NCBI RefSeq assembly: GCF_006345805.1
Contig: NC_043013.1
Location: 54,994,001-55,058,000, forward strand
Direction of reading: 5' to 3'
DNA: 64,000 bases
From: Octopus sinensis
Lineage: Eukaryota
Part shown: piece by piece, positions 62,765-64,000 of the stretch
Layout: the number at the start of each line of letters is the position of its first letter
How positions within the stretch are numbered: the stretch's first letter is position 1
Made by a program: the position numbers and the translations under genes
Notes under the pieces: generated by a model
Databases searched by the model: none
Told to the model about the DNA's origin: nothing
What the model saw: only the letters and a program-made list of their open reading frames with translations

Positions 62765-63310
62765 ATTTAGTATGAACACCAAGTGATAATAAAATGATAA
62801 TACCAACAGCCAAAATACCAAACAGAAACAATCCCTCCAGCACTCGATGTTCATAAGCCACCAAAATCAAACCGTTATGCTCATGCCGAGATAGATCCAA
62901 TTGCCCTTTGGATAACCAATGTATGACTAAGAATGTCGTATACAAGTGAACTATAAACACTCGAAGAGGCTTCTACGTATATACTGGGGCATCAGCCGAT
63001 TTTTTCAAAAATTGATAGTGTAGCCACATTGCCGGCTTTTGAAATATCCTTAAATGACATGTAACATCACTGGTTGTTTTATCTGGTGGCTTAAGGAAGC
63101 AAAGACAAAATACGACCTTACACGGTCCACACTTAGATACATGAGTCCCTACAACACTATATCCCGCAAATGCCAATTATGCTCCAAGGACACACTCTCG
63201 ATAATGTTGAGAAAAGAGCACATTATAAATAAATTCACGGAACAATTACCCAGATGCCTACATGCAGCTAAACACACATTTACATACTACAATCCAGATC
63301 ATGCATAATT
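62765..63310 (+). mobile_element. Penelope-like element relic (Naiad-type), C-terminal GIY-YIG endonuclease
   Basis: CSCRDRSNCPLDNQCMTKNVVYK*TI...YVYTGASADFFK..H...; FIWWLKE..KYDL...MSPYNTISRKCQLC...IINK..EQLPRCLH. This fits CNC....CPL...C / VIY / YIG / IW.LK / PY....C.LC / LN..SE...C.H. Confidence 0.82.
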
Positions 63311-63415
63311 TAATATATACATGGCACTCACAACTCTTAATACATATGAACTTGAGGAACCATATTTGAATAATCTGTATTTGACATATGATCTTGCAAT
63401 CTAGATCCATATATG

Positions 63416-63467
<52 letters not shown>

Positions 63468-63634
63468 CTGTATATGTATATATGCCTGTATATGTATGTA
63501 TATATATATATATATATATGTATGTATATATATATATGTGTATGCATATATGTGTATGTGTATATATGTATATGTGTGTGTATGTGCACGTGTATGTGTA
63601 TATGCATGTGCACCTGTATATATGAGTTCCTATA

Positions 63635-63827
63635 CATCATCATCATCATCATCATCGTTTAACGTCCGCTTTCCATGCTAGCATGGGTTGGACGGTTCAA
63701 CTGGTGTCTGGGGAGCCCGAAGGCTGCACCAGGCCAGTCAGATCTGGCAGTGTTTCTACAGCTGGATGCCCTTCCTAACGCCAACCACTCCGAGAGTGTA
63801 GTGGGTGATTTTATGTGCCACCGACAC
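63635..63827 (-). mobile_element. RTE 3'-tail fragment, young
   Basis: (CAT)n-cgtttaacgtccgctttccatgctagcatggg...tttatgtgccaccgacac. Confidence 0.93.
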
Positions 63828-64000
63828 ATATATATATATATATATATGTATAAGTCCATACATGTGCTTATGCACATGTATCTTGTTGTATTATATACCC
63901 ATTTACTTGGACGTGCATGTGTGAGTGTGTATGTATAAGTGCTATATATGTATGTGTGTGTATGTATATGTGCATCTAAGCACAAATACAAAAAAAATTT

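Noticed and set aside
3870-63310. Two Naiad fragments as one giant split element
   Set aside because: They are on opposite strands, 58 kb apart, and the RT core is absent.

Overview
This is an AT-rich, microsatellite-dense eukaryotic window. Its SINE, RTE and Penelope repeat content looks like coleoid cephalopod DNA, most likely Octopus; that assignment is inferred, not verified. The window is mostly a mosaic of transposable elements. It holds one full-length frameshifted irritans-like mariner (2281-3567), a mariner deletion derivative, a decayed Tigger/pogo element and piggyBac-type MITEs. It also holds a young 5'-truncated RTE LINE (45551-47739) with older RTE copies and many RTE 3'-tail fragments, an R4/Dong LINE relic, two Naiad-type Penelope-like element (PLE) relics, and about 15 tRNA-derived SINEs from at least two families. 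There is one 100-N assembly gap. No host gene is recognisable by homology, but a phase-consistent chain of six small plus-strand exons (11777-16118) is a plausible unannotated gene. The most unusual signal is a three-copy, roughly 0.3-0.5 kb, partly palindromic element in which a tRNA-like Pol III head is joined to a PLE-type terminal repeat carrying a minimal hammerhead ribozyme. A second, unrelated hammerhead-like repeat is nested inside a SINE. All homology calls come from motif recognition by eye; no searches were run.
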